Shown here: positions 46,916 through 57,676 of the stretch, piece after piece
Layout of the letters: each line of letters begins with the position of its first letter
Position numbering within the stretch: the first letter of the stretch is position 1
Assembly: GCA_038870635.1 (NCBI GenBank)
Contig: JAVZJR010000002.1
Span: 335-64,334, forward strand
Length of the DNA: 64,000 bases
Reading direction: 5' to 3'
Origin: Candidatus Bilamarchaeaceae archaeon
GTDB taxonomy: Archaea > Micrarchaeota > Micrarchaeia > Anstonellales > Bilamarchaeaceae
Made by a program: the position numbers and the translations under genes
Notes under the pieces: generated by a model
The model's input: only the letters and a program-made list of their open reading frames with translations
What the model was told of the DNA's origin: nothing
Database searches by the model: none

Positions 46916-47452
46916 TTATTTCAACCCCAGTTTCTTTTTTAGTTCTGGAGAATAATTAACTTCATCAATTACCCTTTTTTTATATTTTATGGCAAGAGCA
47001 ATTTTTTGTGCTGCTTTCAATGGTGTTGTTTTGGTTGTGTCCACTTCTATTGGTCTCCAGAGATATACATCCATCACTCGTTGAACGCAATAATCCAGAA
47101 GCTCTGCTTCGATATTTTCATCTACTTTGCTTTTACTATATTTTCTTGCTTCCAGTCTTTTTCTTAGTACATCTGGATGCGTTCGTAAAACGATGACATA
47201 ATCAGCCGGAATAACTACTTCGCAGGCAAGATGGCTTTCTACCACATAATTGTCTTTTCCTATAAAATAATCTTCTACTATTTTTTGTAATTTCTTTATG
47301 TCTACTACTTTTTCACCATCTTCTATTTCAGCTGCGGCTTGGCGATCTATTAACTCGCTAAGTGATATGTACTCCAATCCTAGCATGCCAGCAAGCCTTC
47401 TGGAAATTTCACTTTTTCCTGTACCGGGCACACCCGTAACTACTATTTTCAT
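46916..47452 (-). CDS. Atypical adenylate kinase AK6/Fap7
   Basis: VTGVPGTGKS, VESHL, LEARKYSKSKVDENIEAE. Confidence 0.88.
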   Translation of the reverse strand: MKIVVTGVPGTGKSEISRRLAGMLGLEYISLSELIDRQAAAEIEDGEKVVDIKKLQKIVEDYFIGKDNYVVESHLACEVVIPADYVIVLRTHPDVLRKRLEARKYSKSKVDENIEAELLDYCVQRVMDVYLWRPIEVDTTKTTPLKAAQKIALAIKYKKRVIDEVNYSPELKKKLGLK

Positions 47453-47460
47453 AAAAGCAC

Positions 47461-47841
47461 CTAAATTTTATTCATCAATTCTTTTAGATAATTTTTTCCA
47501 TTTTCTATCGTATTTTTTCCTTTTTCAGTAATCTTATAATATTTTCGCCTTCCATCAAAAGTCGATTGAATTAAACCCTCTGCCTCTAGTTTATAGAGAA
47601 CAATGTAAATCATTATTTTATTTGGTTTAAATCCAAATCTTTTTTCTATTTCGCTATCAAGAGCATAAGCGTATACTTTTTCCTTTTTTAGAAGCGAAAG
47701 TATATATAGCCAAATATTTCCTGAAGTGAGGTGGTGCTTTAATCTTCGCAGAGGGCTTGTTTCTTCTTTTAACTTATCTTCCACCTTCATATTTGCACCA
47801 TTTAAACAATCAGAGCAATAAATTAAATACCTTGGTTTCAA
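47461..47841 (-). CDS. PadR-family transcriptional regulator (start probably later, at MKVED)
   Basis: LYKLEAEGLI, RRKYYKITEKGK. Confidence 0.85.
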   Translation of the reverse strand: MKPRYLIYCSDCLNGANMKVEDKLKEETSPLRRLKHHLTSGNIWLYILSLLKKEKVYAYALDSEIEKRFGFKPNKIMIYIVLYKLEAEGLIQSTFDGRRKYYKITEKGKNTIENGKNYLKELMNKI

Positions 47842-47863
47842 TATTTTTTAGGTGTAGTTTAAG

Positions 47864-48454
47864 ATGGACGAGAAGTTTATTATTACGCCGGACGAGAAGG
47901 AAAGCGCTGTAGAAGAAGAAAAGAAAAAAGAGAAGCCCCCTAAGTTCGTTAAGCTTTTTGACGAGGACCAGATAGAAATAAAACTTTTGGGCACAGATGA
48001 CGTTGAGAACACAGTAGCTGTTATGAAAAAATGTGCGTTTGATGTTACAAAAGAAGAAGTTTTCAAAGTAATCTTTTATGGTTTTAGTTATGGTTGCTAT
48101 GACAATAGGATGCTTGTAGCCGCGGGTCTTTCTTGGCCTACTGTTTATGATTCTGATAAAAAGACCATCGTCGCTGGTGAAAAATACAACGCTCTTTATC
48201 TTGAAGAGCCAGCAGTTCTTTTGATGTATGAAGGACGAGGTCTTAGAAAGATTCTTGTAGAAGAACGTGAGAAACTTGCAAAATCACGAGGTCTAAAATA
48301 TGTACTCGCCCTTTTAGATAAGGAAACACCGCGCGTGAGTATAGAAGATTACATAAAAGAGTCTGGTTCACAATTAGAAAAAATTTATTTAGAGCTAGGG
48401 TATAAGTTTATCCCAACTCAATATGGAGTGCTTGCTGTTAAAAAGGTTGGGTGA
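47864..48454 (+). CDS. GNAT-family acetyltransferase-like protein
   Basis: Motif A-like VLLMYEGRGLRKILV; YLELGY. Confidence 0.65.
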   Translation: MDEKFIITPDEKESAVEEEKKKEKPPKFVKLFDEDQIEIKLLGTDDVENTVAVMKKCAFDVTKEEVFKVIFYGFSYGCYDNRMLVAAGLSWPTVYDSDKKTIVAGEKYNALYLEEPAVLLMYEGRGLRKILVEEREKLAKSRGLKYVLALLDKETPRVSIEDYIKESGSQLEKIYLELGYKFIPTQYGVLAVKKVG

Positions 48455-50207
48455 GGTATTGCTTAAAAAACTAATATTTCTTTTAGCATTTTTGTCTATT
48501 CTTAGCGCTTGTGATGAGAGTATAAGTTTCCCTCTCGCAGCCATTACTAATTCTAATAGTGGTGGTGTTGTAAACGTGACTGTTAAATCTTTTGAGTCTG
48601 AGACACCGCACATTTTTGTTTCTCTACCTCCTTATTACGGGATAGATTTACAGCGCTCAATTGTGGATGCCATTAAATATGGAAATTCTGGAAATTGTAG
48701 TTTTGTAGTATATTTTGATAGTTCTTCTGAGTATATGGAAGGGCCCAGTGCGGGCGCAGCTTTTACAATTGCGGCGTATCTATTGAGCAACAACTTATCT
48801 CAGTATAAAATGCCCGTTATAACGGGTGCGATTGGCCCTGGTGGCATCGTACTTCCAGTAGGGGGTCTTTATGAAAAAGCTACGGCATCGGCCAGAGCTG
48901 GAGTCGATTTATTTGTTTTTCCAAAAGGAGACTTATACGACTACATCATGGTTAAAAAAGTGGAAGAAAAAACCAAAATGAAAACAGTGGCAGTGAAAAC
49001 AATAAATGAAACTATAGAACTTATTTTATACAACAAGACCCCTGCGGTAACTGAATTCCTATATGTATCTTACACTGAAAACATATCTAATTACGAAGGA
49101 AAAAAGAGCGCAGATTTTTTGCCTATTGCCAAGAAAATGATAGAGCGCGAGAAAGAAACCATCGAAGAACTCAACGAAAGTGCAGAGGTTTGGATTGTTG
49201 ATTATTTTTCAGCGCTTACACGAGACTGTGATGAAATAGCTTCGAAAGGATATTATTACACTGCTGCTAATAAAGCTTTTTTGGCTTATGTTGACACTCG
49301 TTCCCTTATCTTTGTTTATACTGGCAAACCTTCCTATGAAGAAGAAAAAGAGAGAGTTCGTTCTTGTCTTGCATCATTGCAAAGACCAAAATTGACTGAG
49401 GATAATTTGGAATGGGTAGCTGCTTTTGATCTTAGAAAAGCATGGGCTGAAGACAATCTTCATAAAGCAAATATGTCTTCGAGTCATCTACTTGATCAAG
49501 AACTCGCTGCTTATAAGGATCTTGTTTTTGCCGAAGCATGGTGTCTTGCGGCTGTAGATTTTGAAAAAAAAGCCAATGAAAAAGCAAAAGGTAATGAATT
49601 AGATGAAAATTTGCTAGAAAAGATTGCAATGGATTATTACATCGCAGCAAATAAAACTATCCATTCAGCTGATACACAAGAGCGTTTTGAGATTGCGACA
49701 CGATTATACAATGATAAGAAATATTTAGCAGCAATATTTGATTTTATATATGTTTTATCAATGGATGAAGCAAGAGCTAACTCTTCTATTTTAGGAGAAT
49801 CTGAAATCTCAAAAAGCGTGAACGAGATGGCAAAAGTTGATGCTCGATATACATGGCCGTCTATCTATCGTAGTCAGGCTGTTTTTATGATTTCTTCCCC
49901 CCAATCAGATTATTCTGGTGCTTATTCGTTATTTTTGTTCTCGCAGAATCTTGACCACGCTTTAGAAAAAATTCATAATGTTTGTATAAACCAGAAAACC
50001 GATAAAGATGAGAAAGGGATTGGTCTTTCATTACCCTATCTTTCAACAGACACTATTTTTGGTGTTGTCATAGTGGGAATGTTTATATTACTTGCCTTTC
50101 TTTTATTATACATCCTCCCAAAAACGAAAGGGCGATCATATGAAAGAGAAAATCTCCCGGCTCATAGAGCTTCTCGCAGAGCGAGAAAGCGTAACATTGA
50201 AGGTTGA
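48423..50207 (+). CDS. Archaeal Lon-like S16 serine protease (COG1750-like), exported, with C-terminal TM anchor
   Basis: EGPSAG Ser with Lys 43 residues downstream (GGLYEK); N-terminal hydrophobic signal; C-terminal TM helix. Confidence 0.85.
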   Translation: MECLLLKRLGEVLLKKLIFLLAFLSILSACDESISFPLAAITNSNSGGVVNVTVKSFESETPHIFVSLPPYYGIDLQRSIVDAIKYGNSGNCSFVVYFDSSSEYMEGPSAGAAFTIAAYLLSNNLSQYKMPVITGAIGPGGIVLPVGGLYEKATASARAGVDLFVFPKGDLYDYIMVKKVEEKTKMKTVAVKTINETIELILYNKTPAVTEFLYVSYTENISNYEGKKSADFLPIAKKMIEREKETIEELNESAEVWIVDYFSALTRDCDEIASKGYYYTAANKAFLAYVDTRSLIFVYTGKPSYEEEKERVRSCLASLQRPKLTEDNLEWVAAFDLRKAWAEDNLHKANMSSSHLLDQELAAYKDLVFAEAWCLAAVDFEKKANEKAKGNELDENLLEKIAMDYYIAANKTIHSADTQERFEIATRLYNDKKYLAAIFDFIYVLSMDEARANSSILGESEISKSVNEMAKVDARYTWPSIYRSQAVFMISSPQSDYSGAYSLFLFSQNLDHALEKIHNVCINQKTDKDEKGIGLSLPYLSTDTIFGVVIVGMFILLAFLLLYILPKTKGRSYERENLPAHRASRRARKRNIEG

Positions 50208-50925
50208 TTATTTAAAAGGAAAAAAGCAAGATAGTGTAAATAAAACTTTTCTCGAACTTATCGAAAAGATGAAAGTGATAGACGCAGAAATTTCTAATCT
50301 TACGAATATGATAAACTCTAATAACGTTCAATTCTACCTCTTTGGTTTTGATGAGCTTGTTGCTACCGAAAACTTATCAGTTGTGCCTCCAGAAGAAAAA
50401 GCGATAGCGATAGAAAAAAAAGAAGGACCGATTTTTGATATTATAAAAAATCGCTTAAAAATTTTAAAAAAGAATTTAGAAATGAGAAATGAATTAGCTT
50501 CTATTTATCACATTCTTCTATCTATGAAAGATGAAAACTTGCGAAAGGACATTACAGATGCCATAAGATCACAAAAACCATTGAGCAGAACTATTGAATG
50601 TAGTGACGAGAAAACAAAACATCTTGTTCGTCTTTTATCTCGTTTTGGTCTTTATAATATAAATGAAAAGAAATACGTCGTCTCAAGGGAGGTTATTTGG
50701 CTTGAGGGAGAAGAAGCAAAGAGGATGGATGGGATACTGGCAGAACTTGCTCGCTTGGAGCCAGAGCTTCAATGGAAAAACGCTCAAAGACAGATAAAAA
50801 ATTTCACCGAAGATGAAGAGAAAGAATTCGCGGAGGTTCAGAAAAAATATCTTGAATTGTTGAATCTTCGTGATGAAATAATAGCAGAATACAAGAAAAA
50901 AGAGGAAGCGTTAAATCTTCTTTGA
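50139..50925 (+). CDS. Hypothetical coiled-coil protein
   Basis: ORF 50092-50925; ATG at 50139 (MKEKIS); no recognised motif. Confidence 0.6.
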
Positions 50926-52437
50926 TACATAAGGTCCTTCTTTTTTGTAACCTAACTTATAGTAATATTCTCGTGCGCCAACACCACTTATCACTATTAT
51001 TTTTTTATATCCTTCTTCGCGCGCTTTTTCCTCAGCATAATTCATAAGCATTTTTCCGATTCCCGTGTGCTGCACTTCGCCTTTTTCGCCTATTTCTTTC
51101 TCTTCTCCATAAACATGTAATTCACGGATGAGTGCAGTATCTTTATCTATTTCATCTCTAAAAATATACCCATTGGGGAGTCTCAATCTAACAAAACCAG
51201 AAATCACTTCATCATTTTCAAATGAAATAAAAAATTCTGTACCTTTACTTGCTTTATACTTTCTCTCTTTTAAATCCATGTTTTCTATTGTTTTTCTTTT
51301 TATTCCTATTTCACGGTTCCTTATTTCTTTTATCTTTATGCGTTTTTCATTAATTTTTCTTTCAACGAGTTCTCTAAGGTTACTCTTTTTTACACCTTCA
51401 CTTATCATATTCGCTGGTATGTCCCTTTGTATTCTCATAACTCTAACGTAAGGTGGGATATAACGATACATTTCAGATATTACGTCTGCTGCTTCGTCGG
51501 TTGTATATGGTTGGTATTCACCTTTTTTCCACATATCATAAAGAATGGTTCCATCTATGCAAAGTGTTGGATATATCTTTAACATATCAGGCCTAAATCT
51601 TTGGTCTTGAAATATTTTTTTTATCATCTCTATGTCTTTTCTTTTGTTGCTTCCTGGAAGACCTGGCATTATATGGTAGAGCACCTTAAATGCAGAATCT
51701 TTTAGAAGAGCAGTGGCTTCTACCACATCTTTTACTGTGTGTCCTCTATTTATCCTTTTATATATCTTATTATCTGGATGTTGCACGCCAAGCTCTACCC
51801 TTGTTGCTCCGTATTCTAGCATTTCGTTTATCTCTTTCTTGCCGCACACATCAGGTCGAGTTTCTATTGTTAGTCCAATTACGCGGTTTTTAGCATTTTC
51901 ATTTTGCTTTTTTGCTTCCTCCAGTGTTTTTGCTTTTTTTCCATTCATTGTTTCGTAGATTGATTTTATGAAATTATGTTTATACTCGAATGGCATTTCT
52001 AGAAAAGTACCGCCCATAACAACAACTTCGCATTTATCTGTCGGGTGTCCTGTGGCTTTGTATTGTGCGAGACGTGCTTTAACTTGTTTGTGCGGCAAGA
52101 AATTGCTTCCTCTTGCTCTTAATGCAGCCGGTTCCTCTCCTGTGTAACTTTTTGGAGCTTTTCCAGTGTATGCGCAATATATACATGAATGTTTGCAAGA
52201 GTATTGCGGCTTTACCATCACCGCGATAGTCGTTATGCCAGAAAGCGTTCTTATGGGTTTTTTTCTTAATAAAGGTAGAAATTTTGTTGGTATTTTTTTT
52301 GTTGCAATAATTTCTGCGTTTGTTGGTACTCTGTAGGAATATAATTGTGCGGCTTCTTTTTTCATCTCTTCGATGTCTTTTCTACCTCTTTTAAGTCCCT
52401 CTAAGATATAATCTGCTATAAGTTTAATATTTTTCAT
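50911..52437 (-). CDS. elp3: Elp3 radical-SAM/acetyltransferase (tRNA U34 carboxymethylation)
   Basis: CKHSCIYC, PKSYTGEEPA, ETRPD, ELGVQ, KIYPT, RELHVYG, QHTGIG. Confidence 0.96.
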   Translation of the reverse strand: MKNIKLIADYILEGLKRGRKDIEEMKKEAAQLYSYRVPTNAEIIATKKIPTKFLPLLRKKPIRTLSGITTIAVMVKPQYSCKHSCIYCAYTGKAPKSYTGEEPAALRARGSNFLPHKQVKARLAQYKATGHPTDKCEVVVMGGTFLEMPFEYKHNFIKSIYETMNGKKAKTLEEAKKQNENAKNRVIGLTIETRPDVCGKKEINEMLEYGATRVELGVQHPDNKIYKRINRGHTVKDVVEATALLKDSAFKVLYHIMPGLPGSNKRKDIEMIKKIFQDQRFRPDMLKIYPTLCIDGTILYDMWKKGEYQPYTTDEAADVISEMYRYIPPYVRVMRIQRDIPANMISEGVKKSNLRELVERKINEKRIKIKEIRNREIGIKRKTIENMDLKERKYKASKGTEFFISFENDEVISGFVRLRLPNGYIFRDEIDKDTALIRELHVYGEEKEIGEKGEVQHTGIGKMLMNYAEEKAREEGYKKIIVISGVGAREYYYKLGYKKEGPYVSKKI

Positions 52438-52807
52438 CTTTTTTCACCAGAGCCGCCTTTAAAGCTTCTAATGAAAGAAACGCGCATTTTGAACCGGTAT
52501 CTTTTTCTTCTATTTTGAGTTCCTTTTTAACTGCATCTTCGCCTATAGTGATGGTGTTCTCTATCCTACTATTTTTTATTGCTTCAGTAAGAATGGAAAA
52601 GCCAGCTATTGCCGCAGCACATCCCATCCCATCAAAAGATGCATCCTCGATTTTGCCATCTCTTATGAGTAAGTAGAGTGTGAGGTTATCTCCGCATCTT
52701 TTATTAGATACATCTTGGATGTGGGTGGCGTTTTCTATTTTTCGCAAATTGTGTGCATTCTTTGAAATCTTTATTGCTCTCTCGTAATCCATGATAAAAA
52801 ATACCAA
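52424..52807 (-). CDS. SufU/IscU-type Fe-S scaffold / sulfur carrier
   Basis: NKRCGDNL, FDGMGCAAA, KCAFLS: three conserved Cys plus Asp. Confidence 0.85.
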   Translation of the reverse strand: MVFFIMDYERAIKISKNAHNLRKIENATHIQDVSNKRCGDNLTLYLLIRDGKIEDASFDGMGCAAAIAGFSILTEAIKNSRIENTITIGEDAVKKELKIEEKDTGSKCAFLSLEALKAALVKKDEKY

Positions 52808-52843
52808 CCAAGTTTTTTAAATAGATTAGCATAATGTTCATCT

Positions 52844-53674
52844 ATGAGACTTGTTTCTCTGAATTTTTCTGATTACTTTGAGCCGAACATCCAAATGAAA
52901 AAATTCCCTGATGGTGATAACTACATCTGCCTTCCAAAAATTGAAGGAAGCGATGTAACCTTATTCCACCGTCTTTATCCAGAGCAAGATAGCGCATTAG
53001 TGCAAGCATTTCTTATGCTTAACACACTTAGAAAAAAAAATATTAAGACAACACTTGTTTCACCTTATCTTCCTTATTCCCGTCAGGATAAGCTTTTTAA
53101 AGAAGGAGAGGCTTTAAGTGCCGAGATAATTTGTAATCTTCTTTTTTACTCCGGTGCTGCGCGTCTTGTTACTGTTGATTGTCATTTTCTAAAAAAAGAA
53201 GGAACATTCAAATATGGTGAGTTGGAGATAGTAAATCTCTCTGCCAAGAATCTGTTGGTTGAGCAAGCGCGAAAGCTTGCGGACGGAGATGTGGAAGTAA
53301 TCAGTCCGGATATGGGCGCAAATTACTTAGTAGCAGATTTTGGCGGCAAAAGCATGAAAAAAATCCGAGGAGAATATGAAAGTGGTGATACTGCTTATAG
53401 AAAAATAGAGAGAGTGGAAATGGATTTTGATGTTAAAGGAAAAAACGTGTTGATAATAGATGACATGATATCAACAGGTGGTACAATGCTGAGGGCGATT
53501 GAGAATGTTAAAAAAGGAGGTGCTAAAAAAGTTTTATGCGCTGCAACCCATGGTTTTTTCCTTAATGATTGTCTCTCAAAACTAAAGCAAAAGAGTGACT
53601 ATGTTTTTGTAACTGATTCCATTCCATCGCCTGTTTCGTCAGTTTCGCTTAAAAGTCTTCTGGCTAATTTTTGA
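52844..53674 (+). CDS. prs: Ribose-phosphate pyrophosphokinase
   Basis: KFPDGD, PYLPYSRQDKLF.EGE, SPDMGA, IDDMISTGGT, ATHG. Confidence 0.93.
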   Translation: MRLVSLNFSDYFEPNIQMKKFPDGDNYICLPKIEGSDVTLFHRLYPEQDSALVQAFLMLNTLRKKNIKTTLVSPYLPYSRQDKLFKEGEALSAEIICNLLFYSGAARLVTVDCHFLKKEGTFKYGELEIVNLSAKNLLVEQARKLADGDVEVISPDMGANYLVADFGGKSMKKIRGEYESGDTAYRKIERVEMDFDVKGKNVLIIDDMISTGGTMLRAIENVKKGGAKKVLCAATHGFFLNDCLSKLKQKSDYVFVTDSIPSPVSSVSLKSLLANF

Positions 53675-53675
53675 T

Positions 53676-56600
53676 TTAAAAAGTAAACTCAATGTTTGTT
53701 GCAGGGCCTTTCTTTTCATCTGTTGGTTTATTTGGATTATTTGGTTTGCTGCTCGGCTGTTCTCCTTTTATCGGTTTTCTACCCTCTTGTTTTATTTTAG
53801 GCTTTTTTTCAGAATTAAGATTTTCCCCTGTTTGAAACGGTCTTTCTGTTTTTGGTTCCTCTACCCTATTTTGTTTTATTTCTTCTCTTGATGGTCTTTT
53901 TCCTGTTTTTTCTTCTATTTTCTTCTCTTTTTCTACTAGTGCTTGTTTTTCTAAAAGTATTTTTAGGATGTTTTCACCTGCTTCACTCTGCAAGTCGAAG
54001 TTTTTCAGCTTTATTAAGCCGTTCTCTTCACTTTTTCTGATAATTTCTATTAAATCATTTTCGTTTGATATTGTGTACTTTTCTCTTATGTTCTTTAATA
54101 TATCTTTTAGTTTTTCTATTTTATTTTCTTTACCATTTAATGAAATAACATATTCGACATTCTCCTCTTTTATCTTGTAAGGGTCTAGATCAAGCATTTC
54201 TTTTATGTCTAATGATTTTTCTAAGTATGGCGGCAATGGCTCCAAATCGATGTTTAATTCATCTCCAACTTTCCACCCATCGTTTTTTAATTTTTGTATG
54301 AATTGTGCGGCATTTTTTATATGATATGGGGCTGCACCTTTTGTTAGCAGTTTTGCTATTTCTGGATAATTTATTGCTATCTTGTAAAGGAATCTTGCAT
54401 CCTCTGCGTTAAGACCATATTTATTCTTGTAACCATCTATTTCTTTATTGTAAATATAACTCATAGTTATAAGTTTCCATTCCTGTTCTTTTATTTGTGA
54501 ATAAGAGAGAACATACTCTGTTTTTGTCGGCCATCTCCACAATGCAGCACCATTTTTTCTTATCTCCCAATCAAATGGGTTTAAAGTATATTCTTTAACT
54601 ATTTTTCCTTTATTTTCTATGCTTTTTAGTATTTCTACAACATTGTCTGCGTGTTCTTTGTTCAAAATCCAATTTATTTCCTTTCCTTTTTGTCCGTTGT
54701 TGATTATTCTTTCTCCTCTTGTAACTTCTTCAAAATAAAGCGCAAGTTCTGGTTGTTTCCTAACATAGTCAATGTTCTCATTCTTTTTTACGCCAAAATT
54801 TTCTTTTATGTACCTTTTAGTTATCTTTCTTTCTTTTCCGTTTTGATCTTTTAATACGAGAGTAAGAATTCCATCATCATCTTTCTTTGCTACTCTTTCA
54901 ATAATCGTGGGTCTATCTCTTAGGCTAAGTTTTATTGCTAGGTCTTCTACTAAGGTATCTGGGTATACGCCACTCGCTATATAGAGAAGCAAAATACCCC
55001 CTAGGATTCTTGTTATGGTAGTATTTATTATTACACCGATATTACGGGGAAGGAAGCCCCACATCGCATGTGGATAAGTATGCTTTATGTTATCACGTAT
55101 TGCTTTAACACCTAAAACTTTAAATGATGCTTTGCCTAGCGCAAGAGCTATTTGGATAGCGATCCACACGCCCCACCATTTTAAAAATTTATATGAAATT
55201 CTTTCGATTATTTCCCAGCCCCTTTCTAAAAATCCTTTTGGTTTTTGTTGTTCATTATTTGGGAGCATTTGTATTTCTATTTTAGGATCTCTTATGTATT
55301 GCCGTGCTACAAGTAAATCTAAGCGAGAAATTCCTTTAATGTCTTTTTTTTCAAGCTCTTTTCTTAACTCGCTCACAAAACCCATCGATGGGTATAACCT
55401 ACACTTAAGAGAGTTTATCGCCGTTTTTGTTTTTTCTGCTTCTTCATCTAGTTCTTCAAATTTATTTGCACGATTGTCGTTTATTATGTTGCTTAATTTT
55501 TTTATTTTATCATTTACATTAGATATGACCTCCGGTATGTTCATCACATTTGCATAATTTGAATAGAGTAGTTTAACTTCTTCTGATCTGTTTAGTGTCC
55601 TCCTTTTTACGCTGTTGTTCCAATCATCTATTACTTCTTTTATTGAATTTTCCATTTCATTGTAAAGATGATTGAGATTTTGTTCTCTCGCTTTTTCTAA
55701 TTTTTCTTCAAGTTGCTCGAGCTTTTGGTAGAGTTTGAAACTTTCATCTAATTTTGAGTCCGTCGCTTTTTTCTCGTTTAAAAATGAGCTGTTTGCTGTT
55801 TCCAGATGCCAAAACGCAAGCTTTTCCTTATCTTTATTAGTTAATGTTCCATAGAGTAGATAAAATATCCTATTTTTTGTTTCTTTATCTGCTTGTGGAT
55901 GTATTAAGTAATTATCATAGAACTTCCATAATTTTTCTTCTATTTCATTTTTATTAAAATCTTTTTCTATTATCTCTTTTATTTTCTCTCTTGGTATTAA
56001 ACTCATACTAGTGTATCGTTTAATTTTTTGTTCGATGAGGGGGGCCGGTTCTGACGTTAAGAAAGCAAGAACTCCTCCAATTACCTCTCCAGGTTTTTTA
56101 TCATCTTTTTTTGCTGCAAAATCTTTAAGTTCAAGGTATAACATCTCTAGCCATTCATCTTTTGAACCTATAGTCGCTAAAATTATCTCTGTATCATATT
56201 TGTCAAGTTGCCTTATTGCTTCTTTTTTTGCCTTTAACTTTGCCGCAAGCGCATTCCTTTTTTCTTTTATAGTGAGGCCTATTTGGGGATTTTGGTACTC
56301 CCCTCCTTTAAGTATGCCTTTTATTATCCACTGGTCCTCTGGTGTCACAATCTCTTTTTCATATGGTGTTAGGTATGTTTCTTCTTTTACTACTTTGATA
56401 AATTCATCACTACATATTAGCGCGGCTATAGAACGGTCTCTCTCAACATTATTTAACATTGCTGAAATAAACTCTACAGCCAAATCTCGGTCTGCTTTTT
56501 GCTCAGTTTTTTCATTACCTTGAACGACTATCTTGCATGTTGATTGGCGTTGGCTTTCAGGATTTGTTTCTGCTTGTTCTTTTTTTCTTCTGAAAATATT

Positions 56601-56699
56601 AATCGGATTTAAATACGAAGTCCATCTTTTATTTTGAGTTTTTTGGTTGTCTATATTTTGATTTCTAACCATATCTTGCTGTTTGTCAACATTTTGCAT
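53676..56699 (-). CDS. Large hypothetical membrane-anchored protein (1007 aa)
   Basis: Long helical/coiled-coil N-half; two central hydrophobic segments; Pro/Lys/Glu low-complexity C-tail. Confidence 0.7.
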   Translation of the reverse strand: MQNVDKQQDMVRNQNIDNQKTQNKRWTSYLNPINIFRRKKEQAETNPESQRQSTCKIVVQGNEKTEQKADRDLAVEFISAMLNNVERDRSIAALICSDEFIKVVKEETYLTPYEKEIVTPEDQWIIKGILKGGEYQNPQIGLTIKEKRNALAAKLKAKKEAIRQLDKYDTEIILATIGSKDEWLEMLYLELKDFAAKKDDKKPGEVIGGVLAFLTSEPAPLIEQKIKRYTSMSLIPREKIKEIIEKDFNKNEIEEKLWKFYDNYLIHPQADKETKNRIFYLLYGTLTNKDKEKLAFWHLETANSSFLNEKKATDSKLDESFKLYQKLEQLEEKLEKAREQNLNHLYNEMENSIKEVIDDWNNSVKRRTLNRSEEVKLLYSNYANVMNIPEVISNVNDKIKKLSNIINDNRANKFEELDEEAEKTKTAINSLKCRLYPSMGFVSELRKELEKKDIKGISRLDLLVARQYIRDPKIEIQMLPNNEQQKPKGFLERGWEIIERISYKFLKWWGVWIAIQIALALGKASFKVLGVKAIRDNIKHTYPHAMWGFLPRNIGVIINTTITRILGGILLLYIASGVYPDTLVEDLAIKLSLRDRPTIIERVAKKDDDGILTLVLKDQNGKERKITKRYIKENFGVKKNENIDYVRKQPELALYFEEVTRGERIINNGQKGKEINWILNKEHADNVVEILKSIENKGKIVKEYTLNPFDWEIRKNGAALWRWPTKTEYVLSYSQIKEQEWKLITMSYIYNKEIDGYKNKYGLNAEDARFLYKIAINYPEIAKLLTKGAAPYHIKNAAQFIQKLKNDGWKVGDELNIDLEPLPPYLEKSLDIKEMLDLDPYKIKEENVEYVISLNGKENKIEKLKDILKNIREKYTISNENDLIEIIRKSEENGLIKLKNFDLQSEAGENILKILLEKQALVEKEKKIEEKTGKRPSREEIKQNRVEEPKTERPFQTGENLNSEKKPKIKQEGRKPIKGEQPSSKPNNPNKPTDEKKGPATNIEFTF

Positions 56700-56804
56700 A
56701 AATCCACCCGTACAATTTATTTATTTGTGATTATAAGAGTTTTTAAATGTTGTTATAATATCTAAAATGTTGTTGTTTTTTAAATGCATTTTCAATTAAC
56801 TTTT

Positions 56805-57668
56805 CTAAACATCTATAACAAAACCATCATAAGCAAAAAAGGTATTCTTAAATATTTTTTTAACGCGTTCTTCAAAAACGCTTAGATCAGGATAGCGTGG
56901 ACTAAAATGCGTGAGGACCAATTTTTTTACGTTTGCTTTGAGTGCTATCTTTGCTGCATCTTCCATAGTTGTGTGTAATCTTTCTTTTGCTTCTTTTTCA
57001 TTCTCTTGTGAAAACGTCCCTTCGTGTATAAGCAAATCTGCATCTTTTGAAAAAAGTATAGTTTCTTTTTGTGGAAGTGTATCCCCACTGTAAACTACTT
57101 TTCTCCCTTTTTTTATCCAGCTTATGTCCTCTAATTTAACTTTTTTGTCATTTACTATAAGATAACCTTTTTTTTCTATTTCTTTAAACATTTTTCCTCT
57201 GATGCCTGCTTCCTTTGCCTTTTCTTCATAGAACTTTATTTTATCTTTTTCTTGGAAGATGAAACCATAAGCATTTTTGCAGTGTTTTACTGGGAAGGCG
57301 GAAATAGTATAGCGAGACCCTTCATGTAATATTCCTTTTTTCATTTTTTTAAAATTTACGAATTGGTATTCGTCCTTTATCCATTCAAAATCTGCAAAAC
57401 CAAAAACATCTATTTTCTTTTTGGTGTGTGAAAGAGTAAGAGTCTCAAGAAGACCAAAAATGCCAAGATAATGATCGATATGTGGGTGGCTTATGAAAAT
57501 TGTATCAACGCTTCCATAGCTCACACCATATTTCATCATTTGTCGTTGTGTGCCTTCACCGATGTCAAACAACATAAGATCTCCTTCATATTGAAGAGCA
57601 ATTGAAGGCATACCGCGTTCTTTTGTTGGAGCACTTCCGCTTGTTCCCAAGAAAGTTACTCTTAGCAT
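56805..57668 (-). CDS. rnz: Ribonuclease Z
   Basis: FLGTSGSAPT, GEGTQRQ, SHPHIDH, YSGDT, HEGTF, THFSPRY. Confidence 0.95.
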   Translation of the reverse strand: MLRVTFLGTSGSAPTKERGMPSIALQYEGDLMLFDIGEGTQRQMMKYGVSYGSVDTIFISHPHIDHYLGIFGLLETLTLSHTKKKIDVFGFADFEWIKDEYQFVNFKKMKKGILHEGSRYTISAFPVKHCKNAYGFIFQEKDKIKFYEEKAKEAGIRGKMFKEIEKKGYLIVNDKKVKLEDISWIKKGRKVVYSGDTLPQKETILFSKDADLLIHEGTFSQENEKEAKERLHTTMEDAAKIALKANVKKLVLTHFSPRYPDLSVFEERVKKIFKNTFFAYDGFVIDV

Positions 57669-57676
57669 ACTGAATC

